DNA of 64,000 nucleotides from an uncultured Syntrophomonas sp. (GTDB lineage Bacteria > Bacillota > Syntrophomonadia > Syntrophomonadales > Syntrophomonadaceae), in contig CAYWFX010000003.1 of assembly GCA_964457945.1 (NCBI GenBank), positions 99,642 through 163,641 on the forward strand, in the 5' to 3' direction. The notes beneath the pieces are model-generated. The model had not been told where the DNA came from. It saw only the letters and a list, made by a program, of their open reading frames with translations, and ran no database searches. The translations under genes were made by a program, and so were the position numbers. This document shows, piece after piece, positions 1 to 9,633 of the stretch. Each line of letters starts with the position of its first letter. Positions within the stretch are counted from its first letter, which is position 1.

Positions 1-761
1 TGCTTGCCCGCGTGAACACACATATTAAATTGAAACGACAGGCCGAATCTCTTATAGAAGCGAATCGCGAACTCGATAGTTTTTGCTACTCCATAGCTCA
101 TGATTTAAAAGCTCCGTTACTGTCAATTGATAAACTAAGTGAGTACCTGGTGTCAGATTATATGGATAAGCTAGATGATGACGGGCATGATTTAATTATT
201 AATATCAAGGAAAAGTCAGAAGAAGTCCTTGGCATTATTGACCATTTACTTGAATTTTCCAAAATGTGCAAAATGCCACTACAAAGTGAAGATATCAATC
301 TGGAAAATTTGTTTCTCGATGTCTATAATGAACTGATGAAGCTTCATCCCCAAAGACAAATAAAGCTTCATCTCAATCATCTTCCCAATATAGAGGGCGA
401 TCCCGTAATGATAAAGATTCTGGTCTTAAACATTATTTTAAATGCGATTAAGTACACAAGTAATAGGGATGTGGCTATTATTAAGGTTACTTCCTTCGAT
501 AATAAAAATGAATACATTATTGCAGTTGAGGATAATGGGGCCGGCTTTGATATGCGGTTTTCTTCGAGGCTTTTTAAAGTATTTCAAAGACTCCACTCCC
601 AGAATGAGTTCGAAGGGTCCGGTGTGGGTCTCGCAATATGCCAGAGAATATTAAAAAGACATAACGGTATAGCCTGGATAACAGGAGAGGTAGATAAAGG
701 TGCATGCTTCTATTTTAGATTTCCAAAGTCTGCGGCAAATCTCCGGCCCGATGGTTGCTAA
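1..761 (+). CDS. Sensor histidine kinase, C-terminal part (HisKA + HATPase_c); 5' end lies outside the window
   Basis: The frame of ORF 12..761 stays open to the window edge. H-box SIAHDLKAPL, N-box NAIKYT, G-boxes DNGAGF and GSGVGLAI. Confidence 0.85.
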   Translation, partial: LARVNTHIKLKRQAESLIEANRELDSFCYSIAHDLKAPLLSIDKLSEYLVSDYMDKLDDDGHDLIINIKEKSEEVLGIIDHLLEFSKMCKMPLQSEDINLENLFLDVYNELMKLHPQRQIKLHLNHLPNIEGDPVMIKILVLNIILNAIKYTSNRDVAIIKVTSFDNKNEYIIAVEDNGAGFDMRFSSRLFKVFQRLHSQNEFEGSGVGLAICQRILKRHNGIAWITGEVDKGACFYFRFPKSAANLRPDGC

Positions 762-951
762 TTTTACAGGCTTTCTAAATAGTCCCCTTTTCTGCAATTG
801 GTTTTCTTCTATAGATTATTCTCATAATTATTGCGGTAAAAAACATTGCCCCGGCAAGGTAATAGAACCCCATACCGGGTTGAGAGCTATGGTAAGCTAC
901 ATTTCCGCCAGCTACATAACCAATTATATATAACATAAACGCAATTATATA

Positions 952-1580
952 TCAAAGATTACTTATCACAGGTTGTACAGTCTTTTTGGAATTGCGGATG
1001 CTGCAGGGAGAATAACCCTGGGAGTACAGACTACCCATTTTCATTCCGATGAGAGAGCTTATTTCATTTATATCACTTACTCCCTTGGCCGCCAATGCAG
1101 CTAATAGTACTTTGCCACAAGCTACCGCATCTTCCAGGGCATTATGGTGATTGAATTGGTGGCCGACACTTCTACTCACCGTATCAAGTTTATAATTCTC
1201 CAACCCACCCCAAATTCTCCGAGATAGTTTATATGTACACAAATAGTCAACCGTAGGATATTCAATATATACAAGTCCAGGACATGACGTAAAGCCGACA
1301 TGTCAAATGCAGCATTATGAGCTACTAATATAGAATCACTCAGTAAAGGTCTTATTTCATCGTAGATAGCATTAAATTCCAGAGCATTTTGCACATCCCT
1401 GGGCTGTATACCATGAATCATAATATTGAAAGGGTCAAATATATTGCAATCAGCATGCGGTTTCACCAGCCAATACCCGGTTTGGCTAATCTGGCCCTGC
1501 TCAATCACTGCCACCCCTACTGCACATATACTGCCGATAAAGCGATTGGCAGTTTCAAAATCTATACATACTATTTTCAT
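952..1580 (-). pseudogene. DEDDh 3'-5' exonuclease (DNA Pol III epsilon-like), split by a frameshift
   Basis: ORF 1176..1607 carries ExoI (CIDFETAN) and ExoII (AHNAAFDMS). ORF 952..1242 in another frame carries ExoIII (HHNALEDA). The frames join cleanly (..LDLY/IEYPTVDYLCTYKLSRR..) if 2 nt are removed from the atatata run at 1265..1271. The likely start is ATG 1580, preceded by GAGGGGA. Confidence 0.7.
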
Positions 1581-1779
1581 AATATTTCGCTTCCCCTCCC
1601 CGGTCAAGCACCATGCCAGCTTACCTTATCAATTGATCAATACTGGATAACACTCCTTTATTAAATGTTTATATTTACTTTAGTAATTTTTTACAGTTAT
1701 TTTATAGTCTTTTTAACAATTACATATATACTAATTATCGAAGAAAGCTATTTTAGCTGAAGGGAAGGATCAATTTTAA

Positions 1780-1989
1780 ATGAAAAATAATGGCAGGAAA
1801 AACCTTATTCTTGATGCTATTTTGTTTTTGGTCATGATAGCCATGCCAGTAAGTGCCGATGCAGAAATGCATGGCTTATTGGGACTTATTTTATTAGTAC
1901 TGGTGGTCATACACATTATATGGCATTGGAAACAAATAAAATTCATGTATCGCCAGTTAACTATGAAACCTAGAACTCAAATAAAGTAA
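1780..1989 (+). CDS. Small hydrophobic protein (2 predicted TM helices), unknown function
   Basis: 69-aa ORF with AAGGA about 11 nt upstream of the ATG and two hydrophobic stretches. No family recognised. Confidence 0.35.
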   Translation: MKNNGRKNLILDAILFLVMIAMPVSADAEMHGLLGLILLVLVVIHIIWHWKQIKFMYRQLTMKPRTQIK

Positions 1990-2035
1990 CCATAGTATTA
2001 TAATTACTAATAAAGCACTTGGGTCTTTTGTACCT

Positions 2036-2701
2036 CTAGCACTCGCTTAGCTTGGAGTTTTTATAGTAACCTATCCCCAGTACCCCAACTATGGTTAAGA
2101 AGGGAATCAATATCGAAAAATATGGAATAGAGCTTCCAGCATACTTGATAATCAAGCTGTCACTTACCATCATTTGCCCCGCTGTCCAGGCTAATACAGC
2201 TGCTCCGACGTAAACTATAACCGGATATTTTTCGATCAGCTTTAGAATAATAGTGCTCCCCCATACAATTATAGGAACACTTATTATAAGCCCAGCAATC
2301 ACCATCGCTAGACTCCCGTGAGAAGCTCCAGCAATAGCTATCACATTATCTATACCCATTACAACATCAGCTACAATGATAATCTTAATGGCTTCACCCA
2401 GACTATTACCGGTTTTACACTCAATTTCCTTCTTCTCTACCAATAATTTCAAAGCAATCCAAACCAACAACACTCCTCCTGCAAATTGTAATAGTGGTAC
2501 TTTCAGCAAATATAATGCTATCGCAGTAAATGCAGTCCTAACTAGAATTGCACCTACCACTCCCCAAAGCATAGCTTTTCTACGTTGCTCGGGTGCCAGA
2601 TCTTTACTAGCCAGGGCTATCAGTATTGCATTGTCCCCCCCAAGTACTATGTCTATTACTATAATACTGCTAATAGCTGTGATGATTTCCAATCCAGTCA
2701 C
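2036..2701 (-). CDS. terC: TerC/YjbE-family integral membrane protein (putative Mn2+/metal exporter)
   Basis: Seven hydrophobic segments. Duplicated GGDN(A/V)I(L/A)IA motifs (VLGGDNAILIALA, VMGIDNVIAIAGA) are typical of TerC. Lies 22 nt downstream of htpX, behind a Mn riboswitch. Confidence 0.8.
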   Translation of the reverse strand: MTGLEIITAISSIIVIDIVLGGDNAILIALASKDLAPEQRRKAMLWGVVGAILVRTAFTAIALYLLKVPLLQFAGGVLLVWIALKLLVEKKEIECKTGNSLGEAIKIIIVADVVMGIDNVIAIAGASHGSLAMVIAGLIISVPIIVWGSTIILKLIEKYPVIVYVGAAVLAWTAGQMMVSDSLIIKYAGSSIPYFSILIPFLTIVGVLGIGYYKNSKLSEC

Positions 2702-2722
2702 TCTATCTACCTCCTTATACTT

Positions 2723-3583
2723 TTATGAACTAATCTTCATTTGGTTTAATATTGCAACTCTCTCTGAGATAGGTGGATGGGTACTGAACATATTCATTAA
2801 TGATCTCCCTGACAAAGGATTCACTATAAACATGTGTGATGCCGCCGGGTTGACCTGCATAGGAATCCGATTCGAAGACTGTTCCAGTTTCAACAGGGCA
2901 TTAGATAATCCCTGGGATTTACCTGCCAGCTGAGCACCAGTCTTATCCGCCAGATACTCCCTTGATCTGGAAATTGCCATCTGGATTATTAGCGCCGCAA
3001 TTGGGGCCACAACTGCAAGTACTAAACTGCCAAAAATACCATATCCAGCTTCGTCTTCATCATCGTTATTTCCTGACAATCCTCCAAACATCGCACCCCA
3101 CTGAACCACATTGGCTATCATAGATATTGCACCTGCAAACGAAGCTGCTATTGTCCCTATTAGAATATCTCTATTTTTTATATGAGCAATTTCGTGTGCC
3201 AGAACACCCTCGATTTCATCTCTATTTAGCACCTTAAGCAGCCCCTCTGTGACAGCAACAACCGCATTTTCAGGGTTGCGTCCAGTAGCAAAGGCGTTGG
3301 GTTGAACCGACGCTGTAATGTAAAGGCGGGGCATTGGAATTTCTGCCCGGTCGGATAGCTTCTTTATCATTGCATACAGTTCAGGAGCCTGTGCTTCAGA
3401 TACGGGCTTTGAACCGGTCATTTTTATAACCATTTTGTCACTGTAATAGTAACTAAATAAATTCATCCCCACTGAAATAGCTAAAAATAAAAACGCTCCG
3501 GATTGTCCCCCTACGGCGTTACCTATTATAACTAGCAACACCGAAAGTACTCCCATAAGAAGCCCTGTTTTTATAGTATTCAT
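2723..3583 (-). CDS. htpX: Zinc metalloprotease HtpX (peptidase M48)
   Basis: HEIAHIKNRD zinc motif, N-terminal TM helices, and a C-terminal STHPPISERV motif characteristic of HtpX. Confidence 0.9.
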   Translation of the reverse strand: MNTIKTGLLMGVLSVLLVIIGNAVGGQSGAFLFLAISVGMNLFSYYYSDKMVIKMTGSKPVSEAQAPELYAMIKKLSDRAEIPMPRLYITASVQPNAFATGRNPENAVVAVTEGLLKVLNRDEIEGVLAHEIAHIKNRDILIGTIAASFAGAISMIANVVQWGAMFGGLSGNNDDEDEAGYGIFGSLVLAVVAPIAALIIQMAISRSREYLADKTGAQLAGKSQGLSNALLKLEQSSNRIPMQVNPAASHMFIVNPLSGRSLMNMFSTHPPISERVAILNQMKISS

Positions 3584-3683
3584 AAATTATCAACCTCCAT
3601 TCTATAATTAAGACTCAAAAACATATTTAAAAATATGCCTCAGCCAAGAGAAGAAGCCTCCCTCTTCTTCCATAAATTTGGGG

Positions 3684-3810
3684 AAAATAAAAAGACCTTT
3701 GTCTCAATCAAGAGACAAAGGTCTCACTTAGTCAATAATCTGACCGATAGAACCAGACGTTTCCGCCATGATGTTGATTCTATCCTAAGTAGTTACTCCC
3801 CTTTGCTTAA
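3684..3810 (-). promoter_or_regulatory. yybP-ykoY (Mn2+) riboswitch with intrinsic-terminator expression platform, leader of htpX-terC
   Basis: The minus strand reads CAAAGGGGAGUAAC-ACUUAG-GAUAGAAUC..GGUUCUAUCGGUCAGAUUAUUGACUAAGUGAGACCUUUG. This has the conserved GGGGAGUA and UUGAC..GAGACC boxes and pairable P1/P2/P3 arms. It is followed by hairpin AGACCUUUGUCUC/GAGACAAAGGUCU (3692..3725) plus a U-run. The 3' P1 strand overlaps the left arm of the terminator. Confidence 0.8.
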
Positions 3811-4248
3811 TGTTTATTCTAAATAAAATAAAGATTAATTGCAAGCAAATATTTTCTATTATTAAATCGGAATCTTTTAAATCAGCAAACTGGGTTTTTA
3901 GTTCGCGCATTGCGGCATTTGAATGCCGAAAAGTTATGCATGCTAATAATTCTTGCCTACAAACCAATCCGTAAAGTTAAGGGGTAATAGAGCTTCATAT
4001 TTTCTTCCTATCCATCTTACATGATATCCCATCGCCTAGGATATCATAAGAGATCTTAGAATTAGGTAAAATCCCAGAGAACTTCCAATCATAGCAGGAC
4101 TTGTCCAATTCAGAGAGCTTGTAGCCTGTTTGAACAATTATGGTCTTTACCTTAGACTATTAGCAATACTACTCATAAACTGCTTCATTAATCGCCGGAG
4201 CAGCTGAACGTTCTTTGACAATTCAACAGTTGAGAGAGGAGTTTTTTA

Positions 4249-4887
4249 ATGTTAAGCAAAAAGATTATTGTTCCAGTTTTCATACTATCATTATTTTTTA
4301 CGGGTTTGTTTTTTGCTGGAAGTGATGCCGCCATGGCAGCCTCTAACCTTTCCTGGGGCTCACGCGGAGCCGAGGTAGTACAATTGCAGAATACCTTAAA
4401 TACTAAGGGGTATTGGTGTGGATCAGCCGATGGAATCTTTGGTCCTAATACATATCAAGGGGTAACTAGTTTCCAAAGAGATGCCCAGTTGGTTGTTGAC
4501 GGAATAGTTGGGACAAACACCAGACAAGCTCTAGGTTTATCCAGCAGCACAGCTTCAGGTTCAACCGTATCCAGATCTGGTACTGATAATACTCGGACTG
4601 GTAAGGTTCTAACCATGGTAGCGACAGCATATGACGGTTGTTATGAGTGCAACAAACCATACTATGGACTGCCATCATATATTGGCCTTCCATTGGCAAA
4701 AGGAATCATCGCCGTAGATCCCAGGGTTATTCCTATGGGTACCAAACTTTATGTTGAAGGTTATGGCGAAGGAATTGCTGCTGATCAGGGTAACGCTATA
4801 AAGGGTAATAGACTTGATCTTTTCTTTAATACTCATCAGCAAGCATTGGATTATGGAATGAAGACGGTACAAGTCACAATTCTGTAA
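4249..4887 (+). CDS. Secreted cell-wall protein: signal peptide + peptidoglycan-binding (PG_binding_1) + C-terminal 3D domain
   Basis: N-terminal signal sequence ending AMAAS. LQNTLNTKGYW..DGIFGPNTYQGVTSFQ is a PG-binding repeat. The C-terminus (DPRVIPMGTKLYVEGYG..AADQGNAIKGNRLDLF) is the 3D/MltA-like fold with three Asp. Confidence 0.8.
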   Translation: MLSKKIIVPVFILSLFFTGLFFAGSDAAMAASNLSWGSRGAEVVQLQNTLNTKGYWCGSADGIFGPNTYQGVTSFQRDAQLVVDGIVGTNTRQALGLSSSTASGSTVSRSGTDNTRTGKVLTMVATAYDGCYECNKPYYGLPSYIGLPLAKGIIAVDPRVIPMGTKLYVEGYGEGIAADQGNAIKGNRLDLFFNTHQQALDYGMKTVQVTIL

Positions 4888-4895
4888 GAGATACT

Positions 4896-4932
4896 AGAAA
4901 CGCCGCACATATTGATGCGGCGTTTCTTTTTT
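4896..4932 (+). terminator. Rho-independent terminator
   Basis: AGAAACGCCGCA / TGCGGCGTTTCT stem followed by TTTTTT. Confidence 0.85.
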
Positions 4933-4991
4933 CTGCCCTGGCTCTAAAAGCTTACTTCGATATGTTCAAAAGTATAGAAGCTCCAATTGGA

Positions 4992-5774
4992 TCAGAGATC
5001 ATTACCGAGGGGACAGGATGTATAGCAGTTGAAACAGAAGTACTGAAAGCCTATCATTTGAGCCTGATAATTTTTCATGTATTCCTCAGTTAAGAACATC
5101 TTTTTTTGTGCCTCAGGAGTAGTATCAACGAATTTTCTCCAAAAGCTTATATCTGCTCCCAGACCATGGGGCTGAGAATTGCGCAAGCATTTCATCATAT
5201 GGGTCTTGCCCTCTTCATCAAGGGCTCCCGCTGGACAGCTTTCCACACAGATGTTGCAATCAGTGCATAAATCTTCGGTTACTTGAGGATCAGAGGGCAG
5301 ATCTAACTCGCTGAGAATAGCTGAATAAATCACGCGGGTCCCTAAGCGAGGATGAATTATCAGATTATGGCGGCCAAAAGCACCCAGACCAGCTGCCAGA
5401 GCTGCATGTCGCAGGGATACTTCCCCCACCAGTCCACCCTTTTGGGAACTCATATCCAAAGGATAGGAAACCGGTACGGACATAGCTTTAATGTGAAATT
5501 CTTTTTCCAAAAAGCGAGTAACCTTATAGTTGCAGGAACGAGTAAACTCCATAAGATCCAACCTACCGCTCATAGCGATGGCACTGCTGGAACTTTCGCA
5601 GTTAGATCCCTCTTGAAAAGCCATTACTATCATGGATCGAGCCTGGGGAAATATACTTTCAATTTTTGGGGATCGGGGACTGGAGTAATTGTTAACATTA
5701 GCAAACCCAACATCATCAGCCCCTAGGTCCAGAATATATTGACGAATCTTTTTCTTTGTCTCTGCAGCCACCAT
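4992..5774 (-). CDS. 4Fe-4S cluster protein, epoxyqueuosine-reductase (QueG)/reductive-dehalogenase-like fold
   Basis: CTDCNICVESCPAGA ferredoxin motif plus a second Cys group (CFNCYTSCP). The N-terminal ADDVGFANV region resembles the QueG/DUF1730 family. Confidence 0.55.
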   Translation of the reverse strand: MVAAETKKKIRQYILDLGADDVGFANVNNYSSPRSPKIESIFPQARSMIVMAFQEGSNCESSSSAIAMSGRLDLMEFTRSCNYKVTRFLEKEFHIKAMSVPVSYPLDMSSQKGGLVGEVSLRHAALAAGLGAFGRHNLIIHPRLGTRVIYSAILSELDLPSDPQVTEDLCTDCNICVESCPAGALDEEGKTHMMKCLRNSQPHGLGADISFWRKFVDTTPEAQKKMFLTEEYMKNYQAQMIGFQYFCFNCYTSCPLGNDL

Positions 5775-5863
5775 GTTATTACTCCTCCTATCATCTCTCC
5801 ACTAAACTTGATTTCACTCTTTCTTCTTCCAGCGGTTTGGCCGGGATTACTGTTCATGCAATA

Positions 5864-5892
5864 TTGACAACTGCGTATTCTGCATATATACT
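5864..5892 (+). promoter_or_regulatory. Sigma-A type promoter of the MarR gene
   Basis: TTGACA (5864..5869), a 17-nt spacer, then TATACT (5887..5892). Confidence 0.6.
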
Positions 5893-5906
5893 AACCTCAC
5901 TATATT

Positions 5907-5949
5907 ACATGTAATTATAACACATGTAATTATACTATATGTAATATAA
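5907..5949 (+). promoter_or_regulatory. Three tandem 15-bp repeats (ACATGTAATTATA x2, ATATGTAATATAA), putative MarR operator
   Basis: The repeats start at 5907, 5922 and 5937. Each contains the palindromic core (T)ACATGTA(A). They sit directly downstream of the -10 box in the divergent intergenic region. Confidence 0.55.
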
Positions 5950-5990
5950 TTTCGTATAATTATTCTGTATGTTTTAGGAGGTAAACCATT

Positions 5991-6425
5991 TTGCGCCAAT
6001 TTTCAGATTTGATGTGTTATAAACTGGGAGTGGCATCGCGAAAAATTCAAAAGTATTACAACAACCGCTATTTTGAATTTGGAATAACAGCTGTACAATC
6101 ACTTGTTCTTTTATCCCTGCTGGAAGAAGATGGGCAAAACATTAGAAATATTGCTCAGAAGCTAAGCATTGATAGCTCAGTTACTGGACTAATTGATAGA
6201 TTGGAAAAGGAACAACTGGTTAAAAGGGTTATTGATGCTCAAGATAGAAGATCTTTTCAGATATTTCTAACCGAGAAAGGCAAAGAAATTGCAAATTCAA
6301 TATTTCCAATAGCAATGCAAACTGATGCTATATTAAGGTCCAGAATAGATGGAAGCAACCATAATTTTATGGATAATATCCTGGATGAACTTGACAACAT
6401 GTTAGAACAGAAAAAATTGGAGTAG
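5991..6425 (+). CDS. MarR-family transcriptional regulator
   Basis: 144 aa, TTG start preceded by AGGAGG. The winged-HTH region has DRLEKEQLVKRVIDAQDRRSFQIFLTEKG, typical of MarR. Confidence 0.85.
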   Translation: MRQFSDLMCYKLGVASRKIQKYYNNRYFEFGITAVQSLVLLSLLEEDGQNIRNIAQKLSIDSSVTGLIDRLEKEQLVKRVIDAQDRRSFQIFLTEKGKEIANSIFPIAMQTDAILRSRIDGSNHNFMDNILDELDNMLEQKKLE

Positions 6426-6679
6426 TCGATAAAACTACAAAAAAACCTGCACTTCTTGCTCACCGCGGTCTGGTCCAAACCTTCAGTATGGAAAGGATTA
6501 CAAATGAAACCAACACTCACTAACACATTTACCAACCGCGCATAGGTATAATTTCCACCCACCATAATAATTATCAAAAAGATCTAATATAATTACCCAG
6601 ACCAGAAAATCTCCCGCAGGAAAATTTAACCTGTATGTTGTATTGTATAATCAATAATAATCATTTGGAGGTATACGAT

Positions 6680-7438
6680 ATGAAACTTACGGGCAAAGTG
6701 GCTATTGTTACAGGCGGAGGTACGGGGATAGGCCAGGGAGCGGCGATTGCTCTTGCGGCAGAAGGTGCCAAAATTATGGTATTGGGTAGGCGTCTAGAAC
6801 CTCTTCAGGAAACAGTTGCAAAAATAGAAGCGGCTGGCGGAGAAGCTTTTGCTTGTCCTACTGATGTTACCCAAGTAGCTCAGATCGAAAAAGCTGCTCA
6901 ACTGCTAAAAGAACGCTGGGGTCGCTTGGATATATTGATAAACAATGCTGGTTCAGCTCTATTCAAACCTTTTCTGCAAACTACTCTGGATGAATTTGAC
7001 CAAATATACCAGGTGGATTTGCGCAGTGTTTTTGCCGTTTCGCAGATCATGGTACCCATGTTAAAAGAATCAGGTGGGGGAAGCATCATAAATATTGCCT
7101 CCATATTAGGAGTATTGGGAAATGTCAATGCAACCGCTTACTGTGCTATGAAAGGCGGGGTTGTTAACCTCACCCGAGCCATGGCTGCAGGGCTGGGACC
7201 AGATATCCGGGTTAACTGCCTGTGCCCTTCCCATGTTGTGACCCCAATGATGCAGGATCAAATTGACCGCCTGGAGGCAATCGGTAAAATGGATAAGCTT
7301 AACAAGCTATTCCCCATGAAAAGGGTAGGTTATCCAGATGATATGGTCGGCAGCATCATCTTTTTTGCCTCTGAAGATTCCCGGTGGCTAACCGGTAATA
7401 TTTTTATGGTTGATGGCGGTCTATCCTGTTACGTTTAG
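6680..7438 (+). CDS. Short-chain dehydrogenase/reductase (SDR, FabG-like)
   Basis: TGGGTGIG cofactor motif, NNAG, and a Y-x3-K catalytic pair (YCAMKGG). Start moved to ATG 6680 (MKLTGKVAIVTGG), preceded by GGAGG. Confidence 0.9.
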   Translation: MKLTGKVAIVTGGGTGIGQGAAIALAAEGAKIMVLGRRLEPLQETVAKIEAAGGEAFACPTDVTQVAQIEKAAQLLKERWGRLDILINNAGSALFKPFLQTTLDEFDQIYQVDLRSVFAVSQIMVPMLKESGGGSIINIASILGVLGNVNATAYCAMKGGVVNLTRAMAAGLGPDIRVNCLCPSHVVTPMMQDQIDRLEAIGKMDKLNKLFPMKRVGYPDDMVGSIIFFASEDSRWLTGNIFMVDGGLSCYV

Positions 7439-7548
7439 TCCAATACTTTAAGCAAATAGCTTGCAATGATAACCAGGATTTGCTTCATAATTAAATGGCA
7501 GGTTAGGATATATATGGATATTAGCTTAGAATGAGAAAGGAGCCCGGT

Positions 7549-8403
7549 ATGGTATTTAAAGCTCGAAGCCGCAGCCAGCGTTTTGATTGGATTTTTCTCG
7601 GATTCATCACTATCGTGACTGGAGGGACAGGGGCACTCCTCTATCGGGTGCCAGATCGTTTAATGTTTTTTATTGTAGGTTTTTTCTTGCTTGGTGCTTT
7701 TGCCTTTGTTTATTATTCTGTACGATCCATTCAAAAGCTAGATTACGTCCTGGATGATGAAGGATTAATAATCAGATATGGACTAAGACCAAAAAAAATT
7801 AAATATGAGGAAATCAAAGGTGTTGAAAATATAACTCGGATTAACTGGAGCAGAGTAGCCGGGAATGAGTGGCCGGGCAACTATGTAGGCTATTTTGATG
7901 AGTATAAAAAAGGGATGGTTTTTGCCTATGCAAGCAGCCGTGAGCAGGTCCTTATAATAAACTCAACTCTGGGGCGTTTTGCCATTACTCCTGAAGATAC
8001 CACGGAATTTTTGTCTGTTTTGACTCCAAGGGTAAATATAGATAATTCGGTAATAGATATACAGCCTGAGTCTCAAAAGCTCTGGCAATCAAGCCGAGGA
8101 AAACTGCTAATATCTCTAAATATCTTAATATTCATAGCCGTTGTTGCCTTCATACAGTACCATGTAATGCTCGGTAAGACGCATATACCCATGCATTATA
8201 ATCTGTCCGGACAGGTGGACCGCTATGGCTCCGCAGTGGAATTGTATTTCATGCTGCAAGTGCCAGTCATATTATTCCCTTTAATGATACTTGTGGGAGA
8301 TAATATGACCCGCAAGGGAGTAAAAGAAGGTGTTTATCTACTGCTGATTTCTCTGTTTTTCACAGTATTCATGGGTGCCATTGCTGTTACTATACTGCTT
8401 TAA
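7549..8403 (+). CDS. Membrane protein, bacterial-PH-like N-terminal part + DUF1648-like C-terminal TM region
   Basis: Two TM helices, a soluble beta-rich segment, then 3-4 TM helices. AAGGAG lies 6 nt before ATG 7549. The family assignment is tentative. Confidence 0.45.
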   Translation: MVFKARSRSQRFDWIFLGFITIVTGGTGALLYRVPDRLMFFIVGFFLLGAFAFVYYSVRSIQKLDYVLDDEGLIIRYGLRPKKIKYEEIKGVENITRINWSRVAGNEWPGNYVGYFDEYKKGMVFAYASSREQVLIINSTLGRFAITPEDTTEFLSVLTPRVNIDNSVIDIQPESQKLWQSSRGKLLISLNILIFIAVVAFIQYHVMLGKTHIPMHYNLSGQVDRYGSAVELYFMLQVPVILFPLMILVGDNMTRKGVKEGVYLLLISLFFTVFMGAIAVTILL

Positions 8404-8471
8404 CAATGGGTGGACTTTGTCCTTGCCCTTATATAGAATTGTATAAGAAAATCAAAATCGAGGAGCTATTT

Positions 8472-9626
8472 ATGAATAAGTCTTTATTTTCTTCCAGAGC
8501 CGCGCAATTATCGCCCTTTATTGTTATGGAGGTGCTGGAAAAAGCACAGGCCATGATGGCCCAGGGTGAGGACATTATCCACCTGGAGGTAGGTGAACCC
8601 GATTTTGCTACCCCAGAACCGGTAAAAGAAGCGGCCCTGCGAGCTATCACACAGGACGATACCCATTACACGCACAGCCTGGGTAAAATTACCTTGCGGG
8701 AAGAAATAGCCCGCTACTACTGGAAAAAGTATCAGGTAAAGATTTCTCCCGAGCAGGTCATGATAACTTCTGGTACGTCACCGGGCATGCTCTTGGTTTT
8801 TTCAGCACTCCTCGAAAAAGGGGAAGAGATTATCCTGCCCGATCCCTATTATGCCTGTTATCCTAATTTTATTCGTTACGTGGATGGACAACCAGTCTTC
8901 GTGCCGGTGAGCGAGGATGATGGGTTCAAGTACCGCCCGGAGGATATAAAAAAACACCTGAGTCCTCTGACCCAGGCCATTATGGTCAACTCTCCCAGCA
9001 ATCCTACCGGTTCAGTATTCAGCGCTGATAATCTTAAAGCCCTGGCTGGATTAGATCAGATGATTATATCCGATGAGATATATAATGGATTGATTTACGA
9101 AGGTGAAGAGCACAGTATTCTGGAGTTTACTGACCGGGCCTTTGTCATCAATGGCTTCTCCAAGCTGTATGCCATGACCGGCTGGCGCCTGGGATATATT
9201 ATTGCTCCCCGGGAGTATATCCGGGCCATGCAGATAATGCAGCAGAACTTCTTTATTTGCGCGTCTTCCTTTGCTCAGGAGGGTGGCATGGCTGCCCTGC
9301 GCGACTGTGACCGGGAAGTAAAAGAAATGCTGAGAATATATAACGAGCGACGCCTGTATTTACTGGGGAGGCTAAAACAAATGGGTATTGCTACCTGCCA
9401 TGATCCCAGCGGAGCCTTCTATGCCCTGGCTAATGTTAAGGAATATACCGCTGATTCCTATCACCTGGCCTTTGAAATATTGGAGAAGGCCAAAGTGGCA
9501 GTAACCCCCGGCATAGATTTCGGAGCCAACTGCGAAGGCTATATTCGTTTTTCCTATGCCAATTCCTTAAGCAATATAAAAGAAGGCCTGGATCGCCTGG
9601 AGGCCTTCCTGAAAAATTATAAGTAG
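8472..9626 (+). CDS. Class I/II pyridoxal-phosphate aminotransferase (aspartate/aromatic type)
   Basis: SKLYAMTGWRLGY PLP-lysine motif, NSPSNPTG, and DEIY. Start placed at ATG 8472 (MNKSLF), preceded by GAGGAG. Confidence 0.9.
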   Translation: MNKSLFSSRAAQLSPFIVMEVLEKAQAMMAQGEDIIHLEVGEPDFATPEPVKEAALRAITQDDTHYTHSLGKITLREEIARYYWKKYQVKISPEQVMITSGTSPGMLLVFSALLEKGEEIILPDPYYACYPNFIRYVDGQPVFVPVSEDDGFKYRPEDIKKHLSPLTQAIMVNSPSNPTGSVFSADNLKALAGLDQMIISDEIYNGLIYEGEEHSILEFTDRAFVINGFSKLYAMTGWRLGYIIAPREYIRAMQIMQQNFFICASSFAQEGGMAALRDCDREVKEMLRIYNERRLYLLGRLKQMGIATCHDPSGAFYALANVKEYTADSYHLAFEILEKAKVAVTPGIDFGANCEGYIRFSYANSLSNIKEGLDRLEAFLKNYK

Positions 9627-9633
9627 GCAAGTA

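Noticed and set aside
775-936. 53-aa hydrophobic minus-strand ORF (MLYIIGYVAGGNVAYH...) and the overlapping plus-strand ORF 700..933
   Set aside because: Neither has a convincing SD. They are mutually exclusive and short. I could not decide between them, so I left the region unannotated.
3968-4248. Possible c-di-AMP (ydaO-type) riboswitch upstream of the PG-binding/3D-domain gene
   Set aside because: This gene class is a typical ydaO target, and there is an AAUCGC..GGAGC fragment at about 4190. However, that fragment lies only about 45 nt before the ATG. I could not find the conserved ACGGGGA/CCCA and pseudo-symmetric second half. An Infernal scan could revisit this.
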